32,000 nucleotides of DNA, from positions 36,290 through 68,289 of the forward strand of contig NZ_VTPX01000003.1 of assembly GCF_008298015.1 (NCBI RefSeq), in the 5' to 3' direction. Shown here in pieces: positions 1-10,300 of the stretch; position 1 is the first letter of the stretch; every line of letters starts with the position of its first letter. The position numbers and the translations under genes are program-made. The notes below the pieces were generated by a model that was given only the letters and a program-made list of their open reading frames with translations, did not search any database and had not been told where the DNA came from. This stretch comes from Salinicola corii (lineage in GTDB: Bacteria; Pseudomonadota; Gammaproteobacteria; Pseudomonadales; Halomonadaceae).

Positions 1-513
1 CGCGAGCTGGATGCGCGCAAGCTGCTGGCGGTGCTGATCCGCGCCGGGCGTTCCACCGCCCTGGTGATGTTCCTGGTCGGCGCGGCGATGGTCGCTTCCT
101 GGGTGATCACCATCGCCCAGTTGCCGCAGCAACTCGCCGGACTGCTGGGGCCGTTGGCGGACGATCCGAAGCTGTTGATGGCGGCGATCATGGTGGTGGT
201 GCTGCTGGTCGGGATGGTGATGGATCTCGCGCCCGCCATCCTGATCCTGGTGCCGCTGTTCATGCCGCTAGTGAAGGCGGCGGGCATCGATCCGATTTAC
301 TTCGGCCTGATGTTCGTCATCAACTGCTGCATCGGGTTGATCACACCGCCCGTGGGCACGGTACTCAACGTGGTCTGTGGCGTCGGCAACACCACCATGA
401 CCAACGCGGTGCGGGGCGTCTATCCCTTCGTTCTGGTGTACATCGGTCTGCTGGTGCTGTTCGTGCTGGTGCCGCAGATCATCACGGTGCCGATGCATTG
501 GCTGATCGGCTAG
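1..513 (+). CDS. TRAP transporter large permease (DctM-like), C-terminal part; gene starts before the window
   Basis: The reading frame continues from the left edge (track ORF 31..513). Hydrophobic segments and the motif ILVPLFMPLVKAAGIDPIYFGLMFVINCCIGLITPPVGTVLNVVCG are typical of DctM family C-termini. A DctP gene follows immediately. Confidence 0.9.
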   Translation, partial: RELDARKLLAVLIRAGRSTALVMFLVGAAMVASWVITIAQLPQQLAGLLGPLADDPKLLMAAIMVVVLLVGMVMDLAPAILILVPLFMPLVKAAGIDPIYFGLMFVINCCIGLITPPVGTVLNVVCGVGNTTMTNAVRGVYPFVLVYIGLLVLFVLVPQIITVPMHWLIG

Positions 514-560
514 CGCCTGTAAAAGCTGCAGCGCTGCACAACAAGGCAAGGAGAGGTGTC

Positions 561-1550
561 ATGAACAAGATCATCAAGGCAACCACCGCCACGCTGTTCG
601 GGCTGGCGCTCGTGTCGAGTTCCGCCATGGCCGCGACGACGTTGCGTTTCGCGCATCCGGCGCCGCAGAGCGATCTGCAGCAGACCCTGGCGGAGAAGTT
701 CAAGGAGGAGGTGGAAAGCGCCAGCAATGGCGAGCTGAAGGTGCAGATCTTTCCCAACGGCCAGTTGGGCAACGACTCCCAGATGATCGACGGTACCCGC
801 TCGGGCATCATCGACATCACCCTATCGGGTCTCAACAACTTCACTGGACTGGTGCCCGAGGCCGCCGCCTTCACGCTGCCATTCATGTTCGCCGACCACC
901 AGGCCGCCTTCAATGCCCTCGATGGCGAGCCGGGGGATCGGGTCATGAGCGAACTCGAGAGTGCCGGCCTCAAGGGCCTCGCGTTTCCCGAGAACGGTTT
1001 CCGGGAGATGACCAATAACCGGGGGCCGATCCGCGAGCCCAAGGATCTGGAAGGGCTGCGCATGCGGGTCAACAACTCCATCGTGCTCAACAATATGTTC
1101 GAGCTGCTGGGCGCCAATCCGCAGCAGATCCAGGTCAACGAGCTCTACACTGCCATGGAGACCGGCGTGGTCAACGCCCAGGACCACCCGCTGGGTATCG
1201 TGGTGTCGTTCAATTTCGACGAGGTGCAGCAGTATCTGTCGATGACCAATCACGCCTACGCGGCACTGTTGCTGGCCATGAACAGGAACCGGTTCGACAG
1301 CCTGACGCCCGAGCAGCAGCAGATCGTGCAGAAGGCCGCCGACGACGCCACCGCCATGCAGCGACAGATGAACATCGACCAGACCGAGCAGATGATCTCG
1401 CAGCTCGAGGACGATGGCATGGAGGTCAATCGCGGCGTCGACACCGCCGCCTTCCAGGAAGCGGTGCAGCCGGTCTGGCAGGACTTCATCGATGAATACG
1501 GCGAGGAGCTGATCGACAGCATTCAACGGGCGGCGGGGCAGCAGAGCTGA
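561..1550 (+). CDS. TRAP transporter substrate-binding protein, DctP family
   Basis: ATG at 561 is preceded by AAGGAGAGGTGTC. MNKIIKATTATLFGLALVSSSAMAATTLRFAHPAPQSD is a signal peptide plus typical DctP N-terminus, with later LRMRVNNS and LYTAMETGVVNAQDHPL motifs. The track ORF starting at 498 is an upstream over-extension. Confidence 0.93.
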   Translation: MNKIIKATTATLFGLALVSSSAMAATTLRFAHPAPQSDLQQTLAEKFKEEVESASNGELKVQIFPNGQLGNDSQMIDGTRSGIIDITLSGLNNFTGLVPEAAAFTLPFMFADHQAAFNALDGEPGDRVMSELESAGLKGLAFPENGFREMTNNRGPIREPKDLEGLRMRVNNSIVLNNMFELLGANPQQIQVNELYTAMETGVVNAQDHPLGIVVSFNFDEVQQYLSMTNHAYAALLLAMNRNRFDSLTPEQQQIVQKAADDATAMQRQMNIDQTEQMISQLEDDGMEVNRGVDTAAFQEAVQPVWQDFIDEYGEELIDSIQRAAGQQS

Positions 1551-1587
1551 ACGGTAGCGCGGATGCGGGAGGTCTCGATTCGGTCGC

Positions 1588-1597
1588 GCGAGCTCGC
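1588..1597. repeat. REP-like palindromic core gcgagctcgc downstream of the TRAP operon
   Basis: GCGAGCTCGC is a perfect 10-bp palindrome within ggtcgcgcgagctcgctcccgcgaa in the intergenic region after dctP. Only one copy was noticed, so family membership is unproven. Confidence 0.25.
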
Positions 1598-1683
1598 TCC
1601 CGCGAATATGATTGGGCCGGCTGGAAGAGAGGCCGGGGCTGTCGAATCCGGTTTGGCATTTAAGATAATCGCCGAACGTCTTG

Positions 1684-1706
1684 ACGTACGTACCTAAAAG
1701 CGTACG
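1684..1706 (+). promoter_or_regulatory. Candidate operator/promoter of the first yefM-yoeB-type module
   Basis: Two CGTACG hexamers (1685-1690 and 1701-1706) lie over a promoter-like TTGACG (1681-1686), about 30 nt upstream of the antitoxin ATG. Confidence 0.5.
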
Positions 1707-1736
1707 CTATGGATATCGAAGTGCAAGGAGTGCGTT

Positions 1737-1979
1737 ATGACAGGAATTACGGCAACTGAGGCGCGTGGTAACCTCTATCGTTTGATCGATGAAACCGCTG
1801 AGTCTCACCAACCCATCGTCATCATGGGTAAACGGAACAGGGCGGTTCTGGTATCGGAGGAAGACTGGGCCGCCATTCAGGAAACGCTTTACCTACTCTC
1901 TGTACCGGGTATGCGTGAGTCTATTCGTGAGGGGATGGAGACCCCGGTCGATGAGTGCTCCGAGGGGCTCGACTGGTGA
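1737..1979 (+). CDS. Type II antitoxin, Phd/YefM family (module 1)
   Basis: MTGITATEARGNLYRLIDETAESHQPIVIMGKRNRAVLVSEEDWAAIQETLYLLSVPG matches YefM/Phd. The stop overlaps the start of the toxin frame. Confidence 0.92.
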   Translation: MTGITATEARGNLYRLIDETAESHQPIVIMGKRNRAVLVSEEDWAAIQETLYLLSVPGMRESIREGMETPVDECSEGLDW

Positions 1980-2239
1980 CGTGGAAGCTGGTCTACGCCA
2001 GGCAAGCCCAGAAAGATGCTCGGAAGTTGGCCTCCAGCGGCCTGAAGCCCAAGGCCCAGGAGCTGCTGGCGTTGCTGTCGGAAGATTCGTATCGGAAGCC
2101 GCCTCCGTTCGAGAAGCTGATCGGCGATCTCGCGGGTGCCTATTCGCGCCGAATCAATATCCAGCACCGTCTGGTTTATCAGGTGCTCGATGAAGAGCGG
2201 GTCGTGAAAGTGCTTCGCCTCTGGAGCCATTACGAGTAA
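1976..2239 (+). CDS. Txe/YoeB-family toxin (module 1), probable GTG start overlapping the antitoxin stop (GTGA)
   Basis: GTG at 1976 gives VTWKLVYARQAQKDARKLASSGLK...FEKLIGDLAGAYSRRINIQHRLVYQVL...VLRLWSHYE, the Txe/YoeB signature with conserved FEKL-SRRI-HRLVY-HYE. Confidence 0.92.
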   Translation: MTWKLVYARQAQKDARKLASSGLKPKAQELLALLSEDSYRKPPPFEKLIGDLAGAYSRRINIQHRLVYQVLDEERVVKVLRLWSHYE

Positions 2240-2318
2240 CGCAACGCACCTGGCATCGCTTCTTCGACCTGTTTCGCGTTCATCTCGTCCTGGGTCTTGA
2301 ATGCCTCCCAGCACGCAA

Positions 2319-2351
2319 ACGGCCTTGTCACTCTTCAGGTGGCAAGGCCGT
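2319..2351. terminator. Hairpin terminator candidate downstream of TA module 1
   Basis: ACGGCCTTGTCAC-tcttcag-GTGGCAAGGCCGT forms a 13-bp stem with one T:G wobble and a 7-nt loop. Flanking bases are only weakly A/T-rich. Confidence 0.5.
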
Positions 2352-2438
2352 ATTCATGATGCTGGCTCACGCGCCGTCTTGAAACCGCAAGGCGGCGGAA
2401 ACTCGGTCGCTGCGCAGCCGATTGCTGAATCCGATATT

Positions 2439-2474
2439 GTACGCTATCCTGTACATGGTACAATATCCTGTACA
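2439..2474 (+). promoter_or_regulatory. YefM-YoeB-type operator of module 2 with TGTACA cores
   Basis: TGTACG at 2439, TGTACA at 2450, GGTACA at 2457 and TGTACA at 2469, ending 11 nt before the antitoxin ATG. TGTACA is the known core of the E. coli yefM-yoeB operator palindromes. Confidence 0.7.
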
Positions 2475-2485
2475 GGAGTAGTCTC

Positions 2486-2737
2486 ATGGATGCCATTAGC
2501 TATACAGCCGCCAGAACCAACCTGGCAAAAACCATGGAGCAGGTCTGTGAAGACCATTCACCGGTCATCATCACCCGAAGCAAGTCGCAGTCCGTAGTCA
2601 TGATCTCTCTTGACGACTATGAGGCGTTGCAAGAAACCGCTTATCTCCTGCGCGCACCGAAGAACGCCCGTCGCCTGTTGGAATCCGTCGCCGAGCTGGA
2701 GTGCGGCGGCGGCCAGGAAAAGGAACTTCTTGAATGA
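2486..2737 (+). CDS. yefM: Antitoxin YefM-like (module 2)
   Basis: MDAISYTAARTNLAKTMEQVCEDHSPVIITRSKSQSVVMISLDDYEALQETAYLLRAPKNARRLLESV is a classical YefM sequence. Confidence 0.95.
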   Translation: MDAISYTAARTNLAKTMEQVCEDHSPVIITRSKSQSVVMISLDDYEALQETAYLLRAPKNARRLLESVAELECGGGQEKELLE

Positions 2738-2988
2738 AACTTATCTTCTCCGAGAACGCTTGGGAAGATTATCTGTACTGGCAGAAAACCGACAAGAAGC
2801 TCGTTATCCGAATCAACAAGTTAATCCAGGAGACGAAACGAGAGCCATTCGAGGGTGTTGGCAAACCGGAACCCCTCAAACACAGTCTCGCTGGTTATTG
2901 GTCTCGCCGAATCAACGACGAGCACCGCATGGTCTACAAGGTCATGGAGGACGCCTTGCTTCTTGCCCAGCTTCGGTACCACTACTGA
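2734..2988 (+). CDS. yoeB: mRNA interferase toxin YoeB-like (module 2)
   Basis: MKLIFSENAWEDYLYWQKTDKKLVIRINKLIQETKREPFEGVGKPEPLKHSLAGYWSRRINDEHRMVYKV...YHY is canonical YoeB. It overlaps the antitoxin stop by 4 nt (ATGA). Confidence 0.96.
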   Translation: MKLIFSENAWEDYLYWQKTDKKLVIRINKLIQETKREPFEGVGKPEPLKHSLAGYWSRRINDEHRMVYKVMEDALLLAQLRYHY

Positions 2989-2994
2989 CGGCTT

Positions 2995-3051
2995 GTTCAC
3001 ACTATCCATGCAGCCGCGATGGAGCCGGTTTTTCGTGAGGCTAGTGTGAAC
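2995..3051. repeat. 57-bp element bounded by perfect 10-bp inverted repeats, between yoeB and the convergent capsule operon
   Basis: GTTCACACTA (2995-3004) and TAGTGTGAAC (3042-3051) are exact inverted repeats. They enclose a smaller TCCAT...ATGGA pair. Confidence 0.6.
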
Positions 3052-3060
3052 AGTCCCTGG

Positions 3061-4383
3061 TTAGTTGGCCCGCGCCTTCCACTCCGTTGCCAGTACGTCG
3101 AGGGTCTGGTCGATCTGTTCGCGGGTATGGTCGCAGTTGAGGAAGAATCGTAGCCTCGCGCTCTTCTCGGGCACCGCCGGGTGCAGGATCGGCTGCACGT
3201 TGATGTCGTGCTTGAGCAGGGCATCCGATAGCCCGGCGGCGAGCACGGAACTGCCGACGATGATCGGCACGACGGCGACGCCGATGCTCTCGCCGATGTC
3301 GAAGCCTTTGAGCCTGGCCTGCTCGAGGAAGTAGCGCGAGATGTCGTGCAGCCGCTTCAACCGTTCGGGTTCGTCCTTCATCAGCTGGAGTGCGGCGAGG
3401 GATGGCCCGGCGACCTGGGCAGGCATTCCAACGCTATAGAGGAAACCCGGCGCGAAGTAGCGCAGCATCTCCACCAGCTCCCGGCAGCCGGCGATGTAGC
3501 CACCACAGCCGGAAAGCGTCTTGGATAGGGTGCCCATCCAGATATCGACATCACCGGATGGCACGTCACAGTATTCCCGCAGGCCCAGCCCCCGATCGCC
3601 CATCACCGCAAAGGAGTGAGCCTCGTCCACCATCAGCCAGGCCTGGTGGCGCTGCTTGATCTCGACGAAGCGCTTCAGATCCGGAGCGTCGCCATCCATG
3701 CTGTAGAGCCCTTCGATCACTACCACCACGCGCTCGAACTGGCGACGATGACGCCCCAGTAGGGCCTCGAGCGCGGCCGGATCGTTGTGCGCGAAGCTCA
3801 TGCGCCGTGCACCGGATAGCTGCGTGCCGACTACCGTGCTGTTGTGGATGTACTCGTCGTGGAGGAGAAGATCCTTGGGGCCGAGCAGGTAACCCAGCGT
3901 CGAGACGTTGGTAGCATGGCCGCTAACGAAGACCACGGCATCCTCGACAGCGTAAGTGTCGGCGATCGCCCGCTCCAGTTCATGGTGGATCGGACGTTCA
4001 CCGGAAACCGGGCGGCTGGCGGAAACCGAACTGCCGTAGCGTTCCAGGGCCTCGATACCGGCCTGGATTACCTTGGGATGATGCGCCAGACCCAGGTAGT
4101 TGTAGCTGGCGAAATTGATGCACTCCCGTCCGCCAATCACCGTGGTCGCGCCGGCGGTGCTTTCATGGACCTTGAAGAACGGATCGGGGATACCTAGCCG
4201 CTTGCCACCTTCACGCATCATCTTGAGCTGCTGATAGCCCGGATGGCGGTCGAAGCGGGTAAAGCGCTCGTCGACGCTGCTGGCGGCAGGCTTGGGGGCG
4301 GTATCTCCCTCCGGCCGTTGCTGGCGGCGCTGGCGTGCTTCCTGCAGCAGGCGCTGCTTGAGGGCGTCGCGGGGCTGGCTCAT
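3061..4383 (-). CDS. rkpG: PLP-dependent alpha-oxoamine synthase family acyltransferase (serine palmitoyltransferase/BioF-like), RkpG-like
   Basis: INFASYNYLGLAHHPKV, GSSVSASRPVSGERPIHHELE, VVVIEGLYSMDGD, MVDEAHSFAVMG and DIWMGTLSKTLSGCGGYIAG (PLP lysine) are present. The start overlaps the PKS stop. The symbol is assigned from gene content and order analogous to the rhizobial rkp-1 region. Confidence 0.85.
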   Translation of the reverse strand: MSQPRDALKQRLLQEARQRRQQRPEGDTAPKPAASSVDERFTRFDRHPGYQQLKMMREGGKRLGIPDPFFKVHESTAGATTVIGGRECINFASYNYLGLAHHPKVIQAGIEALERYGSSVSASRPVSGERPIHHELERAIADTYAVEDAVVFVSGHATNVSTLGYLLGPKDLLLHDEYIHNSTVVGTQLSGARRMSFAHNDPAALEALLGRHRRQFERVVVVIEGLYSMDGDAPDLKRFVEIKQRHQAWLMVDEAHSFAVMGDRGLGLREYCDVPSGDVDIWMGTLSKTLSGCGGYIAGCRELVEMLRYFAPGFLYSVGMPAQVAGPSLAALQLMKDEPERLKRLHDISRYFLEQARLKGFDIGESIGVAVVPIIVGSSVLAAGLSDALLKHDINVQPILHPAVPEKSARLRFFLNCDHTREQIDQTLDVLATEWKARAN

Positions 4384-7300
4384 GATTCGCCTCTCTCGGT
4401 CCCGCTATCGTCCCGAGACTCGGCGCCATTCTGAAGCGCGTCGACGCCGTGCTGGGCGGCAAGGCCGCTGAGTGCATCCTCGTCGCTGTCGGTCTCGGTA
4501 TCGTCGCCACGCAGCTTGAGCATCAGGTAGTCGCACAGCTTGGCCAGCGTGTCGGCCTCGCTAAGCACCATCACCGGCACCTGAATGCCCAGACGGGCTT
4601 CCAGTGCCGTGACAAGCTCGACGCCCATCAGCGAGTCGAAGCCCATGTCGTAGACGGACTTGTGGATATCGATCTTCTCCTCGTCGATCAGCAGAATCTT
4701 GGCGAGTTCCTTGCCGAGAACTTCGGTCAGAGTGGTGTGGAGCGCTTCGGGTGACAGGCTGGCCAGCAGTTTTTGCAGGTCATCGTCACCTTCCTGACCG
4801 CCGTCATCCTCGGCAGTACGGGCGATTTCGCGGTAGCGTGGCGCTTCCGCCGTGGGCAGGAAGCGTGCCAGCGCTCGCCAGTCGAGTTCCAGCACGCCGA
4901 GCGAGGCGACATCGGCCACCAGCATCTGCTCGAGTACGGCCAGCGCGTCGCTGGAGGCCAATGCCTGGCCGCCGAGGCGTTCCTGCAGGCTGTCGCGGGT
5001 CTGGGTATTGCGCGCCAGAAAGCCGACATCCTCGATTGCACCCCAGCGGACCACCGTCGCCGGGCGACCGTTGGCGCGACGGTTGGCGGTGAACGCCTCC
5101 AGCCAGTGGTTGGCGGCCACGTAGCTGGCCTGACCGGGGTTGCCGAACAAGGTGGTGGCAGAGGAGTAGACAACGAAGAAGTCGAGTGCATCGTTCGCCG
5201 TCAGCGAGTCCAGGTGACGAGCGCCCTCTAGCTTCGGTGCCATCGCCTGGCGGATGCGTGCTGCGTCGAGATTGCGGATCAGACCGTCGTCGATGACGGT
5301 GGCGGCATGTACGATGCCGCGAATCGGGCCGAGGCTCTCACGCGCTTCGTCCAGCACCCGCTCTAGCGCCTTGGCGTCGGTCACGTCACAGGCGCGGGCA
5401 GCGACCGTCACGCCGAGAGCTTCCAGCCGCTCGATGCTGGCCTCGGCTGCCTCGGTGACAGCACCGCGGCGGCTCAATAGCAGCAGCTGGCGCGCGCCTT
5501 TGGCGGCCAGCCATTCGGCGCTCGCAAGGCCGAAGCCGCCGAGTCCGCCGGTCACCACGTAGGTGCCCGTCGCGTCCAGCATCAGCGGAATATCCCTGGC
5601 GGGCGCGGGCGCCATTGTCGGCGGTCGCTCGTAGGTGACGACGACTTTGCCGATCTGGCGCGCCTGTTGCATGTAGCGGAAGGCCTCGACCACGCGATCG
5701 CTGCCGAACGCGATGTATGGCAGCGGGGCGAGCGTGCCGTCGGCGAACAGGGTCATCATCTCGCTGAACAGTTCGCCGGTGAGATCTGGAAGTTCGCTCA
5801 TGAGCTGGTCGGAATCGACCCCGAAGTAGCTCAGATTGTTGCGGAACGGGCGCAGGCCGACCTTGGTGTTCTCGTAGAAGTCGCGCTTGCCGAGTTCAAT
5901 GAAGCGGCCGAACGGCTTGAGTACCCGCAGGTTCTGGTTGATCGCCTCGCCGGCCAGCGAGTTGAGCACCACGTCGACACCATCGATGCCGATGCGCTGA
6001 CCGTTGCCGCCGTCTCTCGATGCCTGACGTTCGACCGCGTTGTCATGGAGGATCTCCTCGGCGAAGGTCAGGCTGCGCGAGTCGTAAATGCGATCAACGC
6101 CCGTCAGACGCAAGAAGTCCTGCTTCTCCGGCGAGCCGACGGTGGCGTAGATCTCGGCTCCCAGCCAGCGTCCGACCTGGATTGCGGCCAGGCCGACGCC
6201 GCCGGCCGCGCCATGGATCAGCAGCCGCTCGCCGGGCTGCACGCGGGCCAAATGCTTGAGCGAGTAGTAGACGGTGAAGAAGGTCGTCGGGATCGTCGCA
6301 GCGGCGGCGTAGCCGATCTCCGCGGGAATCGGCGCCACGGCGTTGACGTCGGCGATCAGGCGATCGCTGAAACTCGCGGGGCCGAAGCCGACCACGGCAT
6401 CGCCCGGGCGCAGCGACCCGTTTGGATCGCCGACGCTGACGACTTCTCCGGCAAACTCCAGGCCCAGCGTCGGTCCGGCAAAGCCGTTCTCGATCGCCTC
6501 GTCGGAGAGCAGGCCGAGCGCATACATGACATCGCGGAAGTTGAGGCCGGTGGCCTTGACCGCGATCTCGACCTGGCCGGGCTGCGGCGCGGGCAGGTCG
6601 TGCGGCCGCCAGCGCAGATGACGCAGCTGCCCCGGCAACTCGAAGCCCAGGCTGACAGCGCGATCGTGTCCGGGCCGCTCCTCGCTGGGCCGGGTGCCCG
6701 GCGCCGGTGCCAGGGCCAGGCGGGGCACCCAGCGCTGGCCTCCGGCGTCGAGCACGACCTCGGTTTCCGCATCCGGCATGCTGAGTTCGAACAACACGGC
6801 ATCCAGCAGCTCGCTCGACAGCGAGTCCCGACTCGACAGCGGCAGATCCAGTAGCCGAACCTGTCGGTTACCGGCCTCGTTCTGCAGCGATCGGCCGAAG
6901 CCCCACAAGGCTGCGTCTTCAGCTAGCTTGGAAATACCGGACTGCCCGGATGATTCAGGCCGCGAAACCGGGTCGGCTGCGGCCTCGGGCAGTATGAAAA
7001 AGTGGGCTCCCACGCCGAGTGTGAGCCACCACAGCGCGGCGTCGCTCTCCATCGACTCCAGCGTCTGCAGCCACTGGGCGGCCAGCACGCAGCGATCGTC
7101 GGCCGCGCTTGCCAGGCCACGCAGATCGACGATCTGACTCGGGGTGAAGGACTCCAGCGCCAGCGGCAGCAGTTCGCCAGGCATCAGCTCGCTGCCGGCC
7201 AGGTGGTGGACGGCCTGGCCCAGTGTCTTGAAGCGGGAGACGAGCTTGGAGGCCAGCCATTGAGAGCTGTCGTCGCTGACCACCAGCCACTGCTCGGTAT

Positions 7301-10300
7301 CATGGGCCGAGTCGTCACGGGCGGTTCCGGGCTCTGCCTCCGCCGTGGCGGAAGACAACGGTGCCTGAGCGGTCAGTAACTGCAGACCGCCCTGGTCGTT
7401 CTCCAGCGTGTGGCGTTCGAGCTGACGGTAGCCCAGTGCTTCCAGTCTGTGGCGGGTCGTCTCGAGATCGGCGGGGCGTGAATCGGGCGCCATCGCCAGT
7501 GACAGGAACGACTGCCAGTCGGTGTCGCCCAGTGCCAGCAACGCGATCTGCGCGTCGTCCGCCAGTTGTCCCGGCAACCACTGCAGCAGCGTATCGATCT
7601 CGTCCTGGGTGCCATCCAGCGTGACCAGTGCGACATTGGCACCGATCGCGGGAGGGGCGGCGTCAACCGTCAGCAGGTCGACCCTGGCATCGTGTTCCGC
7701 CAGGGATTCGGCTTCATTCAGGGCGTTGTCGCGCAGGGCGACGAAGCGATACTGGGCGCGATCGCCGCTCAATCCGCCCATCAATCGTTCACCGAGCTGC
7801 GGGCGCAGCGCCGAGGCTTCTAGCATCACCAGCCGCTGGTGGGGCGGCAGCAGCTCAAGCGACATGGCGTACTGGGCCAGCCAGGTATCGGCCAGGGCGT
7901 GCCAGCCGCGTTCGCCGACGGCGGCCTGTACCAGTTTCGTCAGGCGGGGGGCGTCCAGACCCAGCGAGGGGACATCGAGACGCTCTTTGAGCCAGTCCGT
8001 CAGATGGAGGCCGAAACGGCCGATGCTGTGGGTCAGCGCGGCGTAGTCCGGGTAGTCCCGGATCAGCAGATTCCAGACCGTCGCCGCATCGATCTCCGGC
8101 GCTTCCTGCAACTGCCAACCGGCCGGCGTTTCCGTCACGATGCCGATGGCAAGCGCTAGGTCGACCAGCGCCTGGCGGCGTTGGCGGATCTCGCTCGCGC
8201 CGGCATCGAAATGGCCCGCCAGCAGTTGACCGTCGCTGTCGGCGTGGCTGCGCAGGGCCTCGTCGAGAAACGCCGAGACCAGGGTCTCCAACAGCGGCTC
8301 GACCTCGTCGCCGTAACGGCTTCCGGTCACGCTCCGGTAGTTGTCGACCAGTTGCGCCAGTGCCAGCTCGGCGGTGGTCTCGTCCAGCGGCAACACGGCA
8401 GCTTCGCGCGGAGCCGGAACGAGGCGATGGTCGAGATAGCTGAGTCGATGCTGTACCGCGTGGCGCAGACGGGCGGCCTTGAAACGGGCGCCTTCGACCA
8501 CCGCCACGGCATTGCCAGTGGCATCGAACAGTGCCACGTCGGCACACAGCGAATGCGGCGCGCGGCTGGTGAGGCGTACTTCCATCCACGCTGGCGGCGC
8601 AGCATCGACCTGCAGTTGCAGCCGTTCAAGGCGCACGGGCACGAAGGCCAGTCCGCCTCCCTTGGCGAGTTCGTCGGCCAGCAGCGGAATGAATAGCTGG
8701 AAGGCGCTGTCGAGGATACCCGGTGCCAGCAGGCAGTCGCGCTGGTCCTCGGCGATGGCGGCGGGCAGGTCGATGCGACCCAGCGCGCGGTCGCCCTCGA
8801 CCCAGACTTCGCTGATCGCCTGGAAGCCCGGCCCGTACTCGAGCCCGACGTGAGCGGCCATCGCCAGATGCTGTTCTCGGGTGACGTCCGCCGGCCGGTC
8901 GGGCAGTGGCGTGCCGCGGCGAGTCAGCAGCAGGCCACGGGTCTGCACCGTGATCCGGGCCCGGGCGTTAAGGGTCCAGGCATCCTCGCTGGCCGGCTCG
9001 CGGGTCTTCATGGTCAGGGAGCCATCGGCATCCTGGATCTCCAGTTGCAGCTTCTTGCCATGGACGGCGTCGAGCAGCAGCGGGCTGAGAATCTCCAGCG
9101 CCTCGATATCGAGCACTGGCGATGCCTTGGCGGCGGCCGCTGCGGCAAGTGCCAGTTCGGCAAAGCCCGCGCCCGGGAATACCGTGGCGTCGCCGACGCG
9201 GTGATCGGCCAGCCACGGAAGGCGGCGGGTATCGAGTTGGCTTTCCCACGCCATTCCTTGGCGAGCCAGGCGATAACCCAGTAGCGGGTGTTCGTAGTGG
9301 CGTCCCATCAGTCCCTGGGAGTCTCCGGTAGCCTTGACCCAGTACCGCTCGCGCTGCCATGGATAGCGCGGCAGGTCGACGAAACGACCGCTGACAGGGA
9401 ACCACGCCTTGGGAGAGACGGCGCCGCTGACCAGTAGCGCGGCGAGACTGGCATCCATGGCGGTGGCGCCGTCGTGCTCGCGACTCAGCGTGCCGATGAC
9501 GCTGCCGGTGACCGACTGCGCGGAGAAGGCGTCAGTCAGGTAGCGTCGCAGAATCGGTTGCGCGCCGATCTCGACGAAGGCTCGAGCCCCCGCTTCGAGC
9601 AATGAATCGACCGCCGGTGAGAACTGCACCGGTTCGCGGATATTGAGCCACCAGTACTCGGCGCCCAGTTCTCTGCCGTCCAGCGCTTTGCCGGCCACGG
9701 TCGAGATGAACGGTATCCGGGTGGCGGAGGGCTTCAGATGCGAGAGGGCGTTGATGACCTCCTGGCGAATCGGATCCATGGCCGGGCTGTGGAAGGCATA
9801 GTCCAGCGCTAGGCGCTTGGCGAAGATCCGCTCGTCGGAGAGTGCCGCTTCCAGGCGTTCCAGCGCATCCGCTGGGCCGGCCAGGGTGACGCCCTTGGGG
9901 CCGTTGACGCCGGCGATCACGATCGCCGAGTGAGCGGGGGCTTCCAGCCAGCGCTGCATGGCTTCGGCGCCGAGGCCGACAGCGGTCATCTCACCGCTGC
10001 CGCGGGTGCGGCCTTGGCCGGCGCTGCGATAGTAGATGACGCTGACAGCGTCGGCCAGGCCAAGCGCGCCACAGGCCCAGGCCGCGGCGACTTCACCCAC
10101 GCTGTGGCCGATGACAGCGGCGGGGCGCACGCCCTCGGACTCGAGCAGTCGGGTCACGCCGACCTGCAGCGCGAACAGCGCGGGCTGGGCGATCTCCGTG
10201 AGGGCCAGCCGATCGCCTCTCTCCACGGCCTCGTGCTGGTTGGTGCCATCGAGTTCGGCACGCAGCGAGAAGTCGGCGTGTTTCGCGAACAGTGCGTCGA

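Noticed and set aside
498-560. Upstream extension of the DctP ORF from 498
   Set aside because: It overlaps the DctM stop. The true start at 561 has an RBS and begins a textbook signal peptide.
2995-3051. Integron attC site interpretation of the 57-bp inverted repeat
   Set aside because: The terminal sequences GTTCACA/TGTGAAC do not fit the GTTRRRY/RYYYAAC attC core, and there is no integrase or cassette array in the window.
5667-6854. 395-aa plus-strand ORF antisense to the PKS
   Set aside because: It lies antisense to the ER/KR region of an unambiguous megasynthase. The composition is typical of high-GC shadow ORFs and no family motif is recognisable.
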